Origin: Anaerolineae bacterium
GTDB taxonomy: Bacteria; Chloroflexota; Anaerolineae; B4-G1; SLSP01
Reading direction: 5' to 3'
Assembly (NCBI GenBank): GCA_034437255.1
Contig: DAOTUH010000390.1
Span: forward strand, 1-56,035
DNA length: 56,035 nt
The notes beneath the pieces were generated by a model. It was given only the letters and a program-made list of their open reading frames with translations, did not search any database and was not told where the DNA came from. Below are positions 22,697 through 33,900 of the stretch, in pieces. Position 1 is the stretch's first letter; every line of letters starts with the position of its first letter. Both the position numbers and the translations under genes were made by a program.

Positions 22697-24926
22697 CCTC
22701 GGTCAAACCATCCGGTCCGGGCTCAATCTCGGTATCACCGTTCCCGTCTGTCTTTTGGGACGCGCCGACGTGCACCGATGCCTCGACAACGCCGGGGATC
22801 TTCCCCAATTCCTGCACGGCAGCCTGCAAGACGGCGTCCAGATCCAACGACTGCGTGAACCGCGCCGTCATCTCACCGAGCAGTTGCTCGCGGGCCGCAC
22901 GTCGTTGCGTGTCCGCGTAAAGCCGGGCGCTTTCCAATGCCTGACCCAATTGATCGGTCAACGTCTCCAGTAGATTTAATTCCTCCGGCGTCCATTCGGC
23001 TGTACCGTCGGCTTTGCGCCCGTCAAACACGCCAATCACTTGATCACGCACCTTGATCGGGATAGTGACAGAGGCACCTGTTTCGGAGCCCTCGCCGCTC
23101 AACAACGCTTCCTCTGTCTGCATAGCCTTTTCCATCTGTATCTCCCACAAGTCACCGGCAGGGAGGGTCCCCCGTTCGTCACTCAAGATACCTATATCCC
23201 CTTGAGCCCGGAGGAGTTCCTCCCACGCCTCCCGGCTCAACTCGCCGTAGGCGCGGTGTTCGGCTTCCAACGCCTCCTCAGACTCGGCGAAAAGGCGCGC
23301 GTTGTCGAGCGCCACGGCCACCTGATCGGCCATCGTCTGCAGCACCGTGATCACGTCCTCGTCGAAGGCGGCCGGCTGCATGCTCTGCACCGTGATTGCA
23401 CCCAGGACTTGACCACGCGACCGCAGCGGCAGCGCTCCCTCGGAGCGCGTCTCTGGAAGGAGAGGATTGTCGAAATGCACCGCTTCGTCCCCCACGTCCA
23501 ACGCGATGCGAGCCTCGCCCCGCGCCACACACTGCCCAATCATGGACTGGCCTCCTACCTTCAGCTTGTGCCGCGCGTGTAGCATCTGACGACCCGCCTC
23601 CCCCGTGCCAGCCCGGAGCACCGCCAGCTCTCCAGTCTCGTCCACCAGGAACAACCCCACGTAGTAGAGGTCAAAACGATCCCGAATGAGTTCCACTACC
23701 TGCTGAACCAGCTCATTCGGCTCCAATATCGAAGTCGCTGCTTGACTGACCTCGGCACTAAGCTCCAGGGAACGGGTCCGTCTCTGCGTGATTTCAATGC
23801 TTTCTTGCAGCGCTTTCGTCTGGCTCTGGATCGTCTCGGTCATCTTGTTGAACGAGCGACTTAACTCACCCACCTCATCCTCGGTTGTCACCTGGGCTCT
23901 CTGCTCCAGATCACCCGTAGTAACGGATTTGACTGCTTCCATCAACGAAGTGATCGGCTGGGTGATATTGTGGGAGATGGACAAACCAAGTCCCAGCCCC
24001 CCAAAAATGGCAAATCCCATAACAATCAGGACAATGCCACGCGCCCGATTGATCAAGACCCGGGTATTTTCCTTAACCATCTGAAAATCCGCGGCCACAC
24101 TGGCGGACATTGCATCCCCGGCTACCTCGATCTCTGGACCGGTAACGCTCATCTGAGTCACGAGCTCTTCTTGTTGAGTAAAGTTCTCCTGAATCAATTC
24201 CAGCCCCTGGATATAGGCCCTCACCGCTGCTTCTGCCTCATCAGCCAGCTCCTGTTGGGCAGGGTCTTCAAGGACTCCGGCTAACAAATCGAAAGCGTTT
24301 AGGGCCTCTTGATAGCGTCTCTCCGACAACCAGGCCTCATCGCCGGTGTCCAGGTACCGGAAGGTGTTGAGACGAATCTTGAGATAGTTTTCCTGTGCAT
24401 TCCCAGCGTAGTATGAACCCCCTATTCCCCCATCGTCGAATATACTATCCCGAAGCTTCTGCAACCGCAGATCGGCCAGCGAACCCTGCACATCCAAGGT
24501 ACCTTGCGAGATGGTGTTCCGTTCCTCCAGCAGATTAACCACTTGATAGAAAGTGTCGCTGTACTCCTTGACGCCGGCCTGGATATCGGCTAACAACCGG
24601 GCTCGCTCCCTAGCGGTGATCTGCTCATTGGCTTGCGCCAGCAGAGCGTTGAACTCGGCCATTTCCTCCTTGAAACGGGTCAAGTCTGCCGGGGTTTGCT
24701 GGCGGATGTAGCGCTGCGCAAATAAACGTACGGTCCAAATCTGCGAAACGATCTCATCGGCCAGACTCTGCTCCACGGCCAACTCGTCGGCCAGGTTACT
24801 GACGGTAGCCCGAATCCTACCGGCGCCTAACAGGGCCACCACCCCAATCACCATCATCAAGCCCAAGACGAGGATGTACCCCGCCACGATCTTAACCCGT
24901 ACGCTCAGGCCACGTAAGAACCTCAT
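22686..24926 (-). CDS. P6, GAF-stub sensor paralog: TM - about 280-aa all-helical periplasmic sensor (4HB/CHASE3-like) - TM - HAMP - GAF-A - half-GAF - GAF stub
   Basis: HAMP 'GDLEQRAQVTTEDEVGELSRSFNKM'. 'FDLYYVGLFLVDE..AGTGEAG..GGQSMIGQCV..LPETRSEGALPL'. Tail 'LESARLYADTQRRAAREQLLGEMTARFTQSLDLDAVLQAAVQELG'. Confidence 0.85.
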   Translation of the reverse strand: MRFLRGLSVRVKIVAGYILVLGLMMVIGVVALLGAGRIRATVSNLADELAVEQSLADEIVSQIWTVRLFAQRYIRQQTPADLTRFKEEMAEFNALLAQANEQITARERARLLADIQAGVKEYSDTFYQVVNLLEERNTISQGTLDVQGSLADLRLQKLRDSIFDDGGIGGSYYAGNAQENYLKIRLNTFRYLDTGDEAWLSERRYQEALNAFDLLAGVLEDPAQQELADEAEAAVRAYIQGLELIQENFTQQEELVTQMSVTGPEIEVAGDAMSASVAADFQMVKENTRVLINRARGIVLIVMGFAIFGGLGLGLSISHNITQPITSLMEAVKSVTTGDLEQRAQVTTEDEVGELSRSFNKMTETIQSQTKALQESIEITQRRTRSLELSAEVSQAATSILEPNELVQQVVELIRDRFDLYYVGLFLVDETGELAVLRAGTGEAGRQMLHARHKLKVGGQSMIGQCVARGEARIALDVGDEAVHFDNPLLPETRSEGALPLRSRGQVLGAITVQSMQPAAFDEDVITVLQTMADQVAVALDNARLFAESEEALEAEHRAYGELSREAWEELLRAQGDIGILSDERGTLPAGDLWEIQMEKAMQTEEALLSGEGSETGASVTIPIKVRDQVIGVFDGRKADGTAEWTPEELNLLETLTDQLGQALESARLYADTQRRAAREQLLGEMTARFTQSLDLDAVLQAAVQELGKIPGVVEASVHVGASQKTDGNGDTEIEPGPDGLTEDRS

Positions 24927-25097
24927 CTCATTTCTGCTCCTTCTTGCCCGCGACTAAGGACTCGTAAAAATATAACTTCCCGCGCGATTGCTGGGTAACA
25001 TGTAACGAGTCATTTCGCACTTGAGATAGACGAGTCTGAATCGTTTTTCTGATTTTATGCTTCTAAATAAATCACGCAGTCGGGAAATTATTGGCTC

Positions 25098-25274
25098 TAC
25101 TATAATAAGCATCAACCTCACGCAAAGGCGCCAAAAACGCTAAGGAAATTAAAATGATGGTAAATTTTATTGATCTAAGTTGGCTCTGATATTCAGAAAA
25201 GTAATAAATAACTTAAAAATATTGGTGTCTGTCCGGCCTTTGCGTCTTGGCGTGAGGCCCAACCTTTTTCAGTA
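25098..25274. mobile_element. family-B MITE-like element, copy 2
   Basis: It aligns with 4039-4223, with the same 'CAACCTCACGCAAAGGCGCCAA' left end and 'GCGTGAGGC(C/A)CAACCTTTTTCAGT' right end. It lies in the 415-bp gap upstream of P6. Confidence 0.6.
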
Positions 25275-25341
25275 AAGCCATTATTTATTAACAGACCCTA
25301 AGGTTGCACGCCACGGCATGCAACCTATTCGCTCAAGCAGT

Positions 25342-26517
25342 CTACTCCGCAGCCTCCACCAGAGCCTCAGGCGCGCTCTCGTGATAGACAATCTGCCAGG
25401 ACTTAAGTACGTTCTCTTGGGTCACAGGCAGCGCACTCAAAACTACATAAGCCGGCGCAGATTTGCCAAGCAGGGCATAAGCCGCCAGTTTCGCTTCTGT
25501 AACGCCTTGATCGTAGGGCCGCTGGGCTCCGACCCCAACAATCATCTCTCCCTTGGCCATAGCGATGGCTACATTCAAACCCAGGTCGATGGTCGTGATA
25601 GCCAAATCCTCACGACCGGCGGCCCGAGCCGTCGCCATCACTCCCTCAGCAGGAACATCCCACGGTGCCCATATCCCATCCAAGGTCGGATGCTCAGCCA
25701 ACATCGCAGCAGCAGCTTCCTCCCCATCCACCACGTAGTCCGGACCACTCATGCCCTGTTCTTCCACAATCTTAATCTCCGGATAATTGGCTTGAAGGGT
25801 CTCCTTAAAAGCCAAATACCGTTGATGTGTGACGAAGAAATCGGCCTGATGGAAGACGATCCCAATTTCCCCCGTGCCCTCCAGATGTTCGGCCAGCAGG
25901 TGCGCAGACGCAATGCCATTACCATAACTGTCTGCTGAAACGATGCTGACATAGTCCTCACCATGCTCCAGTTCCATCCCCGAAGGCAACATATCCATGA
26001 AGACTACGTTGACGCCTTGGTCCGCGGCTTCCTTAAATACTTCGGCTGGCGCCAGCGGAAACGCCACGATGATGTCCGGTTCCTCCGCCAGGACCGTTCG
26101 GATGTTGGCCACCTGCTTCTCTGCTTCAAAATTCGCTTCGGTTATGCTGACGACCTCGATCCCCATCACCTCGAACTGGGTCTGCAACCCAGCCATCTGA
26201 GCTTCGGACCAGTCATTCTCACCATAGTGCATCACGATCGCTGCCTTAGCACCCATATCGCGAATTTGCTGCAGCTCCGCATCCGTAAGCACAATCTGAC
26301 TGGAAGCAGTCGGTGCTTCGCCGTTAGGCCCGGTTGAGAAGACCTTACCACGTAGTCCCGCTAAACCCGCCGCGGGATCTCCCCTTTCGGCGGACTGATC
26401 TGGCTCCCCGGTGGGGGTGGATTGCTGAGTTACCTCTGGCGTACTGCAGCCGGTCACCACCAACCCAATAAGTAAAACAAAAGACACAGCCAGCCAAAGC
26501 ATGTGATGCGATTTCAT
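25342..26517 (-). CDS. orphan sugar-type periplasmic binding lipoprotein (RbsB/Peripla_BP_4-like)
   Basis: Lipoprotein signal 'MKSHHMLWLAVSFVLLIGLVVTGCS'. Type-I PBP pattern ('KAAIVMHYGENDW', 'PDIIVAFPLAP', 'VNVVFMD', 'GEIGIVFH'). The ATG at 26517 has GGAGG upstream (the ORF track extends to 26616). Confidence 0.7.
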   Translation of the reverse strand: MKSHHMLWLAVSFVLLIGLVVTGCSTPEVTQQSTPTGEPDQSAERGDPAAGLAGLRGKVFSTGPNGEAPTASSQIVLTDAELQQIRDMGAKAAIVMHYGENDWSEAQMAGLQTQFEVMGIEVVSITEANFEAEKQVANIRTVLAEEPDIIVAFPLAPAEVFKEAADQGVNVVFMDMLPSGMELEHGEDYVSIVSADSYGNGIASAHLLAEHLEGTGEIGIVFHQADFFVTHQRYLAFKETLQANYPEIKIVEEQGMSGPDYVVDGEEAAAAMLAEHPTLDGIWAPWDVPAEGVMATARAAGREDLAITTIDLGLNVAIAMAKGEMIVGVGAQRPYDQGVTEAKLAAYALLGKSAPAYVVLSALPVTQENVLKSWQIVYHESAPEALVEAAE

Positions 26518-26726
26518 TTCTATCCTCCTCACAAAGTGTACCCTCATTGGGCAAACGAAGCAGTTCCAGGGTGGCTCAGACGCCATAGGCGGATCACAGT
26601 CATGTTTACCACCCACATCAACCCCAACGTCGTTTGCCTTGATCGCGTCTAAGCACGTTCTGGGGTAGCAAGGATGGTTTCAGTAGCCAATTTGTTTCGA
26701 AATCCCGCATTCCAAATGGAAACGGA

Positions 26727-29162
26727 TCAACCACCTTCATTTGCATGGTCCTCTTTGGCTCGCAAACTAACGACTACCCTGCCTAACTCTAACGACTGGC
26801 GTATCTCACTGGCTGCCGCTCTTAGTATCGTTTCCACATTCAATGTCTCACGCATGTGGGCTGCGATCTCGCCGCTGAGCCGTTCACGCGCCGCGCGGCG
26901 TTGGGTATCTTCGTAGAGTCGGGCGCTCTCCAACGCGACGTTCAACTGCTCCGTCACCGTCTCCATCAATGCAATCTCTTCCTCAGACCAAGCTTCATCT
27001 CCGTCTGATTTGCACAGCTTGACCGCCCCCACAACGTTCCCACGAATCTTAACCGGAAGCGCCAACGTCGTCCCGTCCTGCTGCACCCTTTGCCCTTCCC
27101 GGCTCGCTCGCTCCATCACCTCCGGCGAACGTCCCTCGACGGGTCGCGTGCCCTGCACGTTGCTGGCGAACCCCAGATGTGCCCGCCTGCGCACTGCTTC
27201 CAGCCAGGCTTGTCGACTGAGATCCCCATACGCACGTCGCTCCGCTTCCAGGCTCTCCTGCGCCTGCTGGAAGAGCCGGGCGTTGCTGATCGCCATCCCC
27301 ACCTGATCGGCCAGGATTTGCATGACGGCCGCGTCCTCGTTCGTAAACGCGCCCGGCTCCTTGCTTTGCACGTCCAGGGCACCAATGATCTCGCCCCGTG
27401 CGCGCAGTGGCAACGTCATCGCCGAACGAGTCTCCGGTAGATCTGGATTGTCGAAGAAGACGGCGTCCTCGCCCACATCCAGCGCGATGCGGGGCTCGCC
27501 TCGCGCCGTAACGTAGCCCACGGTACCTTTTTCGCCGACCTTCAGCCGGTGCCCCCGCTCCAGCATCCGCTGCCCGCCCACGCTAGAGGCTGCCTGCAAC
27601 ACGGCCCACTCACCGGTCTTGTCGATCAAAAAGAGGCCAGAATGATAAAAACCAAACCGCACACTGATCAGCCGCACCACGCGAGCGAGCAACTCGTCGA
27701 GATCCAGCTCCGAGGCCGCATCGTGCGAGACCTCCGCCGTGGCCTCCAGATACTGGGCACGTTCCTCCAGATCCCGGGTCCGGGCCTCCACGCGCTCCTC
27801 CAGGGAACCGATCAGACCTCGCAGGCGTGCCGCCATATCGTTGAAAGCGGCGGCTAACTGGCCCAGCTCATCCTCCGAGCGCACCGGGACTTGATAATCC
27901 AAATCGCCGGCTGCAATCCGCTCCACACCGTCTATCAACCCATCCAAGGGCCGCCCGGCCACGTTCTGCACACCAAAGTAGACAATCGCCGCCGTCAGCA
28001 AGGTTCCCAGTATCGCCGTCAGTCCGATGCGTCGCACCAACCGTCGAGTCGCCTCCTCCACCTCTGAGACGGGGCTGAAAACAACGGCTCGTAGATCCGA
28101 AGACGTCGAGGGATCGGACCACGCGATCGGCTCCCGGGCGAAGTAGAAATCTCTCTGATCCAACGTCAGGATCGTTTCTTCTTCCTCCAACGACGCGGCT
28201 ACCGTTGCCCCATCGTCATCCTCCAGGCTGGTGATCAACAGCTGTCCGCCTTGAGCCAACCCCACGTTCAACCCCAGTTGATCCGCCATCAAACTCATCA
28301 TCGCGACATCAAATTCCTGCTCCACCAGCGCCACCCCCACCGCCACGGTCTCGGCCTCCCAGGTCTCGGGGTCGGGCACCGGAACTTTTACCGGATACCA
28401 CGTCTGCAGCACCGGAACACCCTCCCTGACGATCACGTCCGAGCGCGGTGGCGCGTCCCGGTCCCAGGTATTGGAGAAGTACTCATACTCTATGGCCTCC
28501 TCCACGGAGGTGAAGCCCTGTTCAACGTAGAACTGGGCCGGCGGCGCAGAGTAGGCTGCGCTGATATCGAAGTAACCGGGCGCCGGGGCGCTAAACGTCT
28601 CCACGTCAATGCTGTACATCACGCGTGCCCCCAGATCGACCTTCTCGGTGAAACGGCTGAGCACGATGCGCTCCTCGTCCAGGCGCAGCGCCAGCACCGG
28701 CCTCGCGTCAACCACCACCTCAAAGGGCGAGATCAGATAGAAGCTGATCGAGGTCAGCTCGTTGAGCCGTTGCGCCGACCGCAACAGCTGCACGAGATTG
28801 AGCTGGGCCTGGAAAGCGTAAATCTGACTGGAGGGTTCGATAGGCTCACCGGCCTGCATAAATTCCTCTGCAAAAGAAGAAGCCGGATCTGCATAATAAG
28901 GCCCGAAATTGGTCAGGAGCTGGAGCTCCTCAACCATAGGCTCACTCTCTTCCATGCTCCTGGTGGTCTCCGCCGCGTTTTGTTCCATCTCCGTGATGCG
29001 CCGGGCGAAGATTTGCGACATGCGAGCCAGATCTTCTTGCTTCACCGCTTCCAGGTCGTTGGAACTGGAGGTACCCACCACAAAGGAGACGCCCGCGGCG
29101 AACAGCAAGAATATCACGCCTACGACGACCGTTAATTTTTGACCAATGCCCCACTTAGCCAT
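26727..29162 (-). CDS. P7, GAF-stub sensor paralog: TM - about 340-aa periplasmic domain of unclear family - TM - HAMP - GAF-A - half-GAF - GAF stub
   Basis: HAMP 'GDLDYQVPVRSEDELGQLAAAFNDM'. 'FGFYHSGLFLIDK..AASSVGG..LPETRSAMTLPL'. Tail 'LESARLYEDTQRRAARERLSGEIAAHMRETLNVETILRAAASEIRQSL'. Confidence 0.85.
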   Translation of the reverse strand: MAKWGIGQKLTVVVGVIFLLFAAGVSFVVGTSSSNDLEAVKQEDLARMSQIFARRITEMEQNAAETTRSMEESEPMVEELQLLTNFGPYYADPASSFAEEFMQAGEPIEPSSQIYAFQAQLNLVQLLRSAQRLNELTSISFYLISPFEVVVDARPVLALRLDEERIVLSRFTEKVDLGARVMYSIDVETFSAPAPGYFDISAAYSAPPAQFYVEQGFTSVEEAIEYEYFSNTWDRDAPPRSDVIVREGVPVLQTWYPVKVPVPDPETWEAETVAVGVALVEQEFDVAMMSLMADQLGLNVGLAQGGQLLITSLEDDDGATVAASLEEEETILTLDQRDFYFAREPIAWSDPSTSSDLRAVVFSPVSEVEEATRRLVRRIGLTAILGTLLTAAIVYFGVQNVAGRPLDGLIDGVERIAAGDLDYQVPVRSEDELGQLAAAFNDMAARLRGLIGSLEERVEARTRDLEERAQYLEATAEVSHDAASELDLDELLARVVRLISVRFGFYHSGLFLIDKTGEWAVLQAASSVGGQRMLERGHRLKVGEKGTVGYVTARGEPRIALDVGEDAVFFDNPDLPETRSAMTLPLRARGEIIGALDVQSKEPGAFTNEDAAVMQILADQVGMAISNARLFQQAQESLEAERRAYGDLSRQAWLEAVRRRAHLGFASNVQGTRPVEGRSPEVMERASREGQRVQQDGTTLALPVKIRGNVVGAVKLCKSDGDEAWSEEEIALMETVTEQLNVALESARLYEDTQRRAARERLSGEIAAHMRETLNVETILRAAASEIRQSLELGRVVVSLRAKEDHANEGG

Positions 29163-29234
29163 AACCAGCCTCTTTACATCTCCCTGCGCTCAGACCATGC
29201 ATGAAATCTCCAAACGTTCAGGTAGAGCATTTGT

Positions 29235-30959
29235 TCACTCTCCCGCCCACTGCTTGACCAGCTCATCGTAGGCAATCGTCCTCGGCCGTTCAGCAGTCCG
29301 CGTCGGCTTAGGTGCTCCGGGCGCAGACAACCATGTCTCAGGATCAAGCAAAGGATTGAGGTCTGGAGAGTACGTCGCCATCCGCATGTTGCCCATCGCC
29401 TCGTCCATCTGTCGGGCGATGGCGTCCATGGCCTGTTGCGGCGTGATCTCGCCCTCAATCGCCCGCGCGATATTGGGCCACCAAAACCCAGCCAACTTGG
29501 GATAGTTGGGCACATTGGGCCCCGTGTCTGTCCATTTGCTCTCCTCGCTGGAACGATAGAACTCGATCAACCCACCCCACTGCGCCTTGCGCGCTGTGAG
29601 ATAATCCGAGAAGATCGTGGAGCGCCGCACCGGTGTGCCGCCTTCCAGGAACTTCTCCAGCGACACCGTCTTAGAGACACAGAATTGGGCCCACAGCCAC
29701 GCCATGCCCCGCCGCTGCCCCTTGACGTTCCGGGGAATCGTCCAGCTTCCCGCGTCCTGATACCCAACCTTCATGCCCGCGTCCCAGTAACGTCCATGGG
29801 GCGTCGGGGCCACGCGCCAGAGCGGATTACCGTCCTCGTCAACCACCGGGTTGCCCGGCTCGTGAAAGGACTCGTCGGAAAGCCAGGTGATATACTGGAA
29901 GATGCGCTGTGCGATATCACCGCGCGAGCCCTTCGGACCGGCGTCCACCCAGCGCCAATCCTTGGCCTCGGGCGGCGCGTACTTGTCCAACCACTCGATG
30001 TACTTGGACAGCGCGTAGACGGCAGCCGGACCGTTGGCCGCGCCCCCGCGCTCGACGGACGCGCCCACGGGAATTCTGTCTTCCACGCGGATGCCCCACT
30101 CATCGACGGGCAAGCCGTTGGGCAATCCTCGGTCCCCCACCCCGGCGATGGAGAGCCAGGCGTCGGTGAAGCGCCATCCCAGGGACGGCGATTTCTTGCC
30201 GTAGTCCAGGTGCCCGTAGACCATCTGCCCATTGATCTCGCGACCGGTGAAGAATTCCGCGATGTCCTCGTAGGCAGCCCAGTTGAGGGGCACGCCCAGC
30301 TCGTAGCCGTATTCCTCTTCAAAATCGGCCTTGATCTCCGGGTCGGTGAACCAATCGTAGCGGAACCAGTAGAGATTGGCGAACTGCTGGTCGGGCAGCT
30401 GCAGTTGGTTGCCATCGTAATCCTGTCCAAATTCGAGATTCAGGAAGTCGTCCAGATCCAGATCGGGATTTGTGAACCGCTCCCCCTCGCCCGCCATGTA
30501 CTCGCTCAGATTGACCACGCCCTGACTGCGCAGATGGGTGCCCACCAGATCGGCATCGTTGACGTATATGTCGTACAGGATGCGCCCCGTGCTCTGCTGC
30601 TCCACCATGCGCTCGACGACGGTGCCCTCGCCCACGATCTCGTGTTCCACGTGAATGCCCGTGATCTCCTCGAAGGCCTGCGCCAGCACCTCGCTCTCCC
30701 AGTAGTGCGTGTTGATGTCCTCCGCCACGGACGTGATGCTGCGCCCCCGGAACGGCGCGGCGGTCTCGGCGAACCAACGCAGCTCGGCCACACGCTCGCG
30801 CCGTGAGAGTGCCGACACGTCGAACTCATCGGCCCACTTTTGCACAGCCGCTTCTATATCCTCCGGCAACTCACCGGATTGGGCCCTCGCTGGCGCCGTG
30901 GGCACCAACAGCGAGAGGCATACGAAAAGGATCAGGCCTTTCGTCAGTGACGGCATCAT
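29235..30959 (-). CDS. orphan extracellular solute-binding protein (family 1, sugar/oligosaccharide-type, 574 aa)
   Basis: Signal peptide 'LILFVCLSLLVPTAPARA'. A Trp/Tyr-rich SBP_bac_1-like sequence ('ANLYWFRYDWFTDPEIKADFEEEYGYELGVPLNWAAYEDIAEFF'). The ATG overlaps the P8 stop (ATGA). No permease or ATPase gene is nearby. Confidence 0.65.
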   Translation of the reverse strand: MMPSLTKGLILFVCLSLLVPTAPARAQSGELPEDIEAAVQKWADEFDVSALSRRERVAELRWFAETAAPFRGRSITSVAEDINTHYWESEVLAQAFEEITGIHVEHEIVGEGTVVERMVEQQSTGRILYDIYVNDADLVGTHLRSQGVVNLSEYMAGEGERFTNPDLDLDDFLNLEFGQDYDGNQLQLPDQQFANLYWFRYDWFTDPEIKADFEEEYGYELGVPLNWAAYEDIAEFFTGREINGQMVYGHLDYGKKSPSLGWRFTDAWLSIAGVGDRGLPNGLPVDEWGIRVEDRIPVGASVERGGAANGPAAVYALSKYIEWLDKYAPPEAKDWRWVDAGPKGSRGDIAQRIFQYITWLSDESFHEPGNPVVDEDGNPLWRVAPTPHGRYWDAGMKVGYQDAGSWTIPRNVKGQRRGMAWLWAQFCVSKTVSLEKFLEGGTPVRRSTIFSDYLTARKAQWGGLIEFYRSSEESKWTDTGPNVPNYPKLAGFWWPNIARAIEGEITPQQAMDAIARQMDEAMGNMRMATYSPDLNPLLDPETWLSAPGAPKPTRTAERPRTIAYDELVKQWAGE

Positions 30960-33900
30960 ACGTCGCCCTCCTCCAAGGCTGAGAGCATAATCCGCACTTC
31001 GGCCTCCTCCAGATTCAATGCCGCGCGCATCTCACGGGCAGCAACCTGGAGCACCGCTTCCACGTCCAGCGACTCGCGTATTCGGGAGGTGATCTCGCCG
31101 GTCAACCGCTCACGAGCGGCGCGGCGCTGGGTGTCCTCGTACAGCCGGGCACTTTCCAGGGTCCGGCCCAACTCCTCGCTCAACGCGTCGAGCAGCTTCT
31201 TCTCCTCGATTGTCCACTTCTGGTCCGTACCATCCTTGCGGAAACGGAGTGTGCCGATGGCTTGATCCCTCACTTTAATTGGCACGTCCAGCACCGCCCC
31301 ATCGCCCTCGGTCTGCACACGCTCGTTCTTCTCGGCGGCCTTCATGATTTCAGGCTGCGGCGTCTCCTCAATGGGAACCACCTCCTGGTTCACGTACCGG
31401 TATCCCCACTCGGTCCGACCTCGCAGCAACTTCTGCCACGCCTCGCCGCTCAGCTGACCGTAGGCCCGCCGCTCCGCTGCCAGCGCTTCCTGGGCTTCAG
31501 CGAAGAGGCGTGCGTTGTCCAACGCCACTGCCAGTTGATCGGCCATGGTCTGCAAGACAGCAATGGTGGCTTCGTCGAAGGCGCCGGGACGCGTGCTCTG
31601 CACCGTCAACGCTCCGACGACCTGGCCACGGGAACGCAACGGCAGGGCTGCCTCGGAGCGGGTCTCCGGCAGCTCGGGCGTTGCCAGGCGCACCGCGTCT
31701 TCCTTCGCCACTTGGGCAATACGTGCCTCTCCGTGGGCGACGCTCCAGCCAATCATCGACGTGCCGCCGACTTCCAGGCGGTGACCGCGACCCAACATCG
31801 CCCGGCCGGCCTCACCGGTCCCGGCCTCCAATACAGCCCATTTCCCGGCTTCGCCCACCAGGAACAACCCAACGTAATAGAGGTCGAACCGCTTGCGGAT
31901 CAGCTCCACGGATTGTTGAATTAACTCTTCTACATCCAGGATCGAGGTCGCAGCCCGGCCCACGTCAGCAGCGGCTTTCAAGCCGCGCGTGCGCTCGGCC
32001 ACCATCTCTTCCAACTCCGTGGCCTGGCTGGAAAGCAACCGTTCCCGCTCTTCATAGTAGTCAATCCTGCTTCTCAGCTCTTCCGGCGATACCTGGAGAT
32101 CAGCAAGAATCCTGCCGTACATCCCAGAAAGCTCGCTGGCTTCTTCAGGGGTCATGAGCACGTCCCGCTCCATGGTCCGGTGAGCCGCTGCCGCTCCAAT
32201 GGACCCGGCTAGCACGCGCTCCACCTCTCCGTAGAATTCAGCCAGCTCGGCCACGGAGATCTGTGCCTTTTCCTCGATTCCCACGGCATCCAGGCTAAAC
32301 TCAATGATATTTGCCACTTGGACATCGTTGAAGTACTGGCTGAGCAACCCCTCCAACACGTCGCATTTGCTAGCTATATCAATGTGAGCTTCACCATAGG
32401 CAAGGAGCCGCAAGGTAGGACCGGCGACCAGCGCATCAACGAAGGCGTCGGCTAGTTCCCGCTCCTCTTCGCTCTGCTCAAAGTAGAGGGAGCCCAACAC
32501 GTATAGTCCGACGTTAAACGTCATCGTCCAGAAGAGCGTATGCGTCAACGGTGATAATCCCACCAGGCCAAAGAGCTGCTCCGGTCGGAGAAACTGGATC
32601 CCCAGAGGCCCCTGTTCCAATAGCGACATCGATAACCAGCCGCTCTTGACCAGGGACGGTAACAATAAAGTATAAGTCCAGGTCAGGAAACCGGCGCTCA
32701 GACCCAAGATGGATCCGGTCTTGTTCCCTCGGCGCCAGAAGATGCCGCCCAAAATAGCCGGAGCAAATTGAAGCGCGGCGGCGAAGGAAATCAGCCCCAT
32801 ATTGACCAGGGTATAGGATTCGCCAATCAGCCGTTCGATGAGATAGCCCAAGAACAAAACAAAGGCGATGACGACCCAGCGGACCTGCAGCAGATTACGC
32901 CGCAGAAAGTCCAGCCCTTTCAACCATTCCAGGGACGGCAGCACAAGATGGTTGACGATCATCGTAGCCGTCGTCATCCCACTGACCATCACCATGCCCG
33001 TGGCTGCCGAGAAACCACCGATGAACGCCATCAGGGCCAACCAGGGCCGGTTTTGGCTCAGCGGCAGCTCCAGCACGAAGGTATCGGCTTCCTGTATTGG
33101 CTGGCCCTGTAGCAGTCCACCCACCGCGATGGGGATGACGAAGATGTTGATCAAAAGCAGGTACAGCGGCAGGAGCCACATGGCGGTACGGATGTGATTC
33201 TCATCGGAGTTCTCCACCACTGCCACGTGAAACTGGCGTGGCAAAAACACAATCGCAGACATAGCTAGAACCAGATACGTCATCCAGGTAAGATACGCTG
33301 AAATATCCTCTCCCGCTCTGCCCATAAGTCCCTGGAAAGGACTTTCCGATAGGCGTTGGAAGATGTCCCCAAATCCATCGTACATGATGTATGTCACAAA
33401 GACGCCCACGGCCAAAAAGGCCACCAGCTTCACGATGCCTTGCACCGCCAGAGCTACGATCATGCCTGGCTGCCGTTCTGTGGGATCCAGGCGCCGTGCG
33501 CCAAAGGCAATCGTGAAGGCCGTCATGGTAGCGACCACGGCAAGGCCGATGGGGCCTTCGCCCCAGGCGCCACCCGCGCCCCCGGCAGCGACCATCGTGG
33601 TGAACGTGGAGGTCACCGACTTCAACTGGAGCGCAATATACGGCGTGATCCCCACCAGGGCGATGATCGTCGCGATGGCGGCTAGGGCCGGTGATTTCTC
33701 ATAGCGGGCCGAGATAAAGTCCGCGATGCTGGTGATGCGATGGGCGGCCTTGATTCGCACCAGCTTGCGCAGCACGAGCCACCACAGGGCGATCATCATC
33801 GTCGGTCCCAGGTAAATCGTCAAGAAGAGCGCACCGGAGCTGGCAGCGTTGCCCACACTGCCATAGTAGGTCCAGGAGGTGCAATAGACGGCCAGCGCCA

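Noticed and set aside
26518-26616. 33-codon extension of the sugar-binding protein ORF
   Set aside because: The internal ATG at 26517 is preceded by GGAGG and starts a canonical lipoprotein signal peptide. The extension is Cys/Pro/Trp-rich and not signal-like.
29436-30806. Long plus-strand ORFs antisense to the array (29436-30806, 456 aa; also 11746-12588, 28251-29135, 47859-48980, 43638-44390, 6543-7226 and others)
   Set aside because: All lie opposite minus-strand genes with strong, recognisable domain content. Their translations are Arg/Gly/Pro/His-rich with no motifs. Open antisense frames are expected at this GC content.
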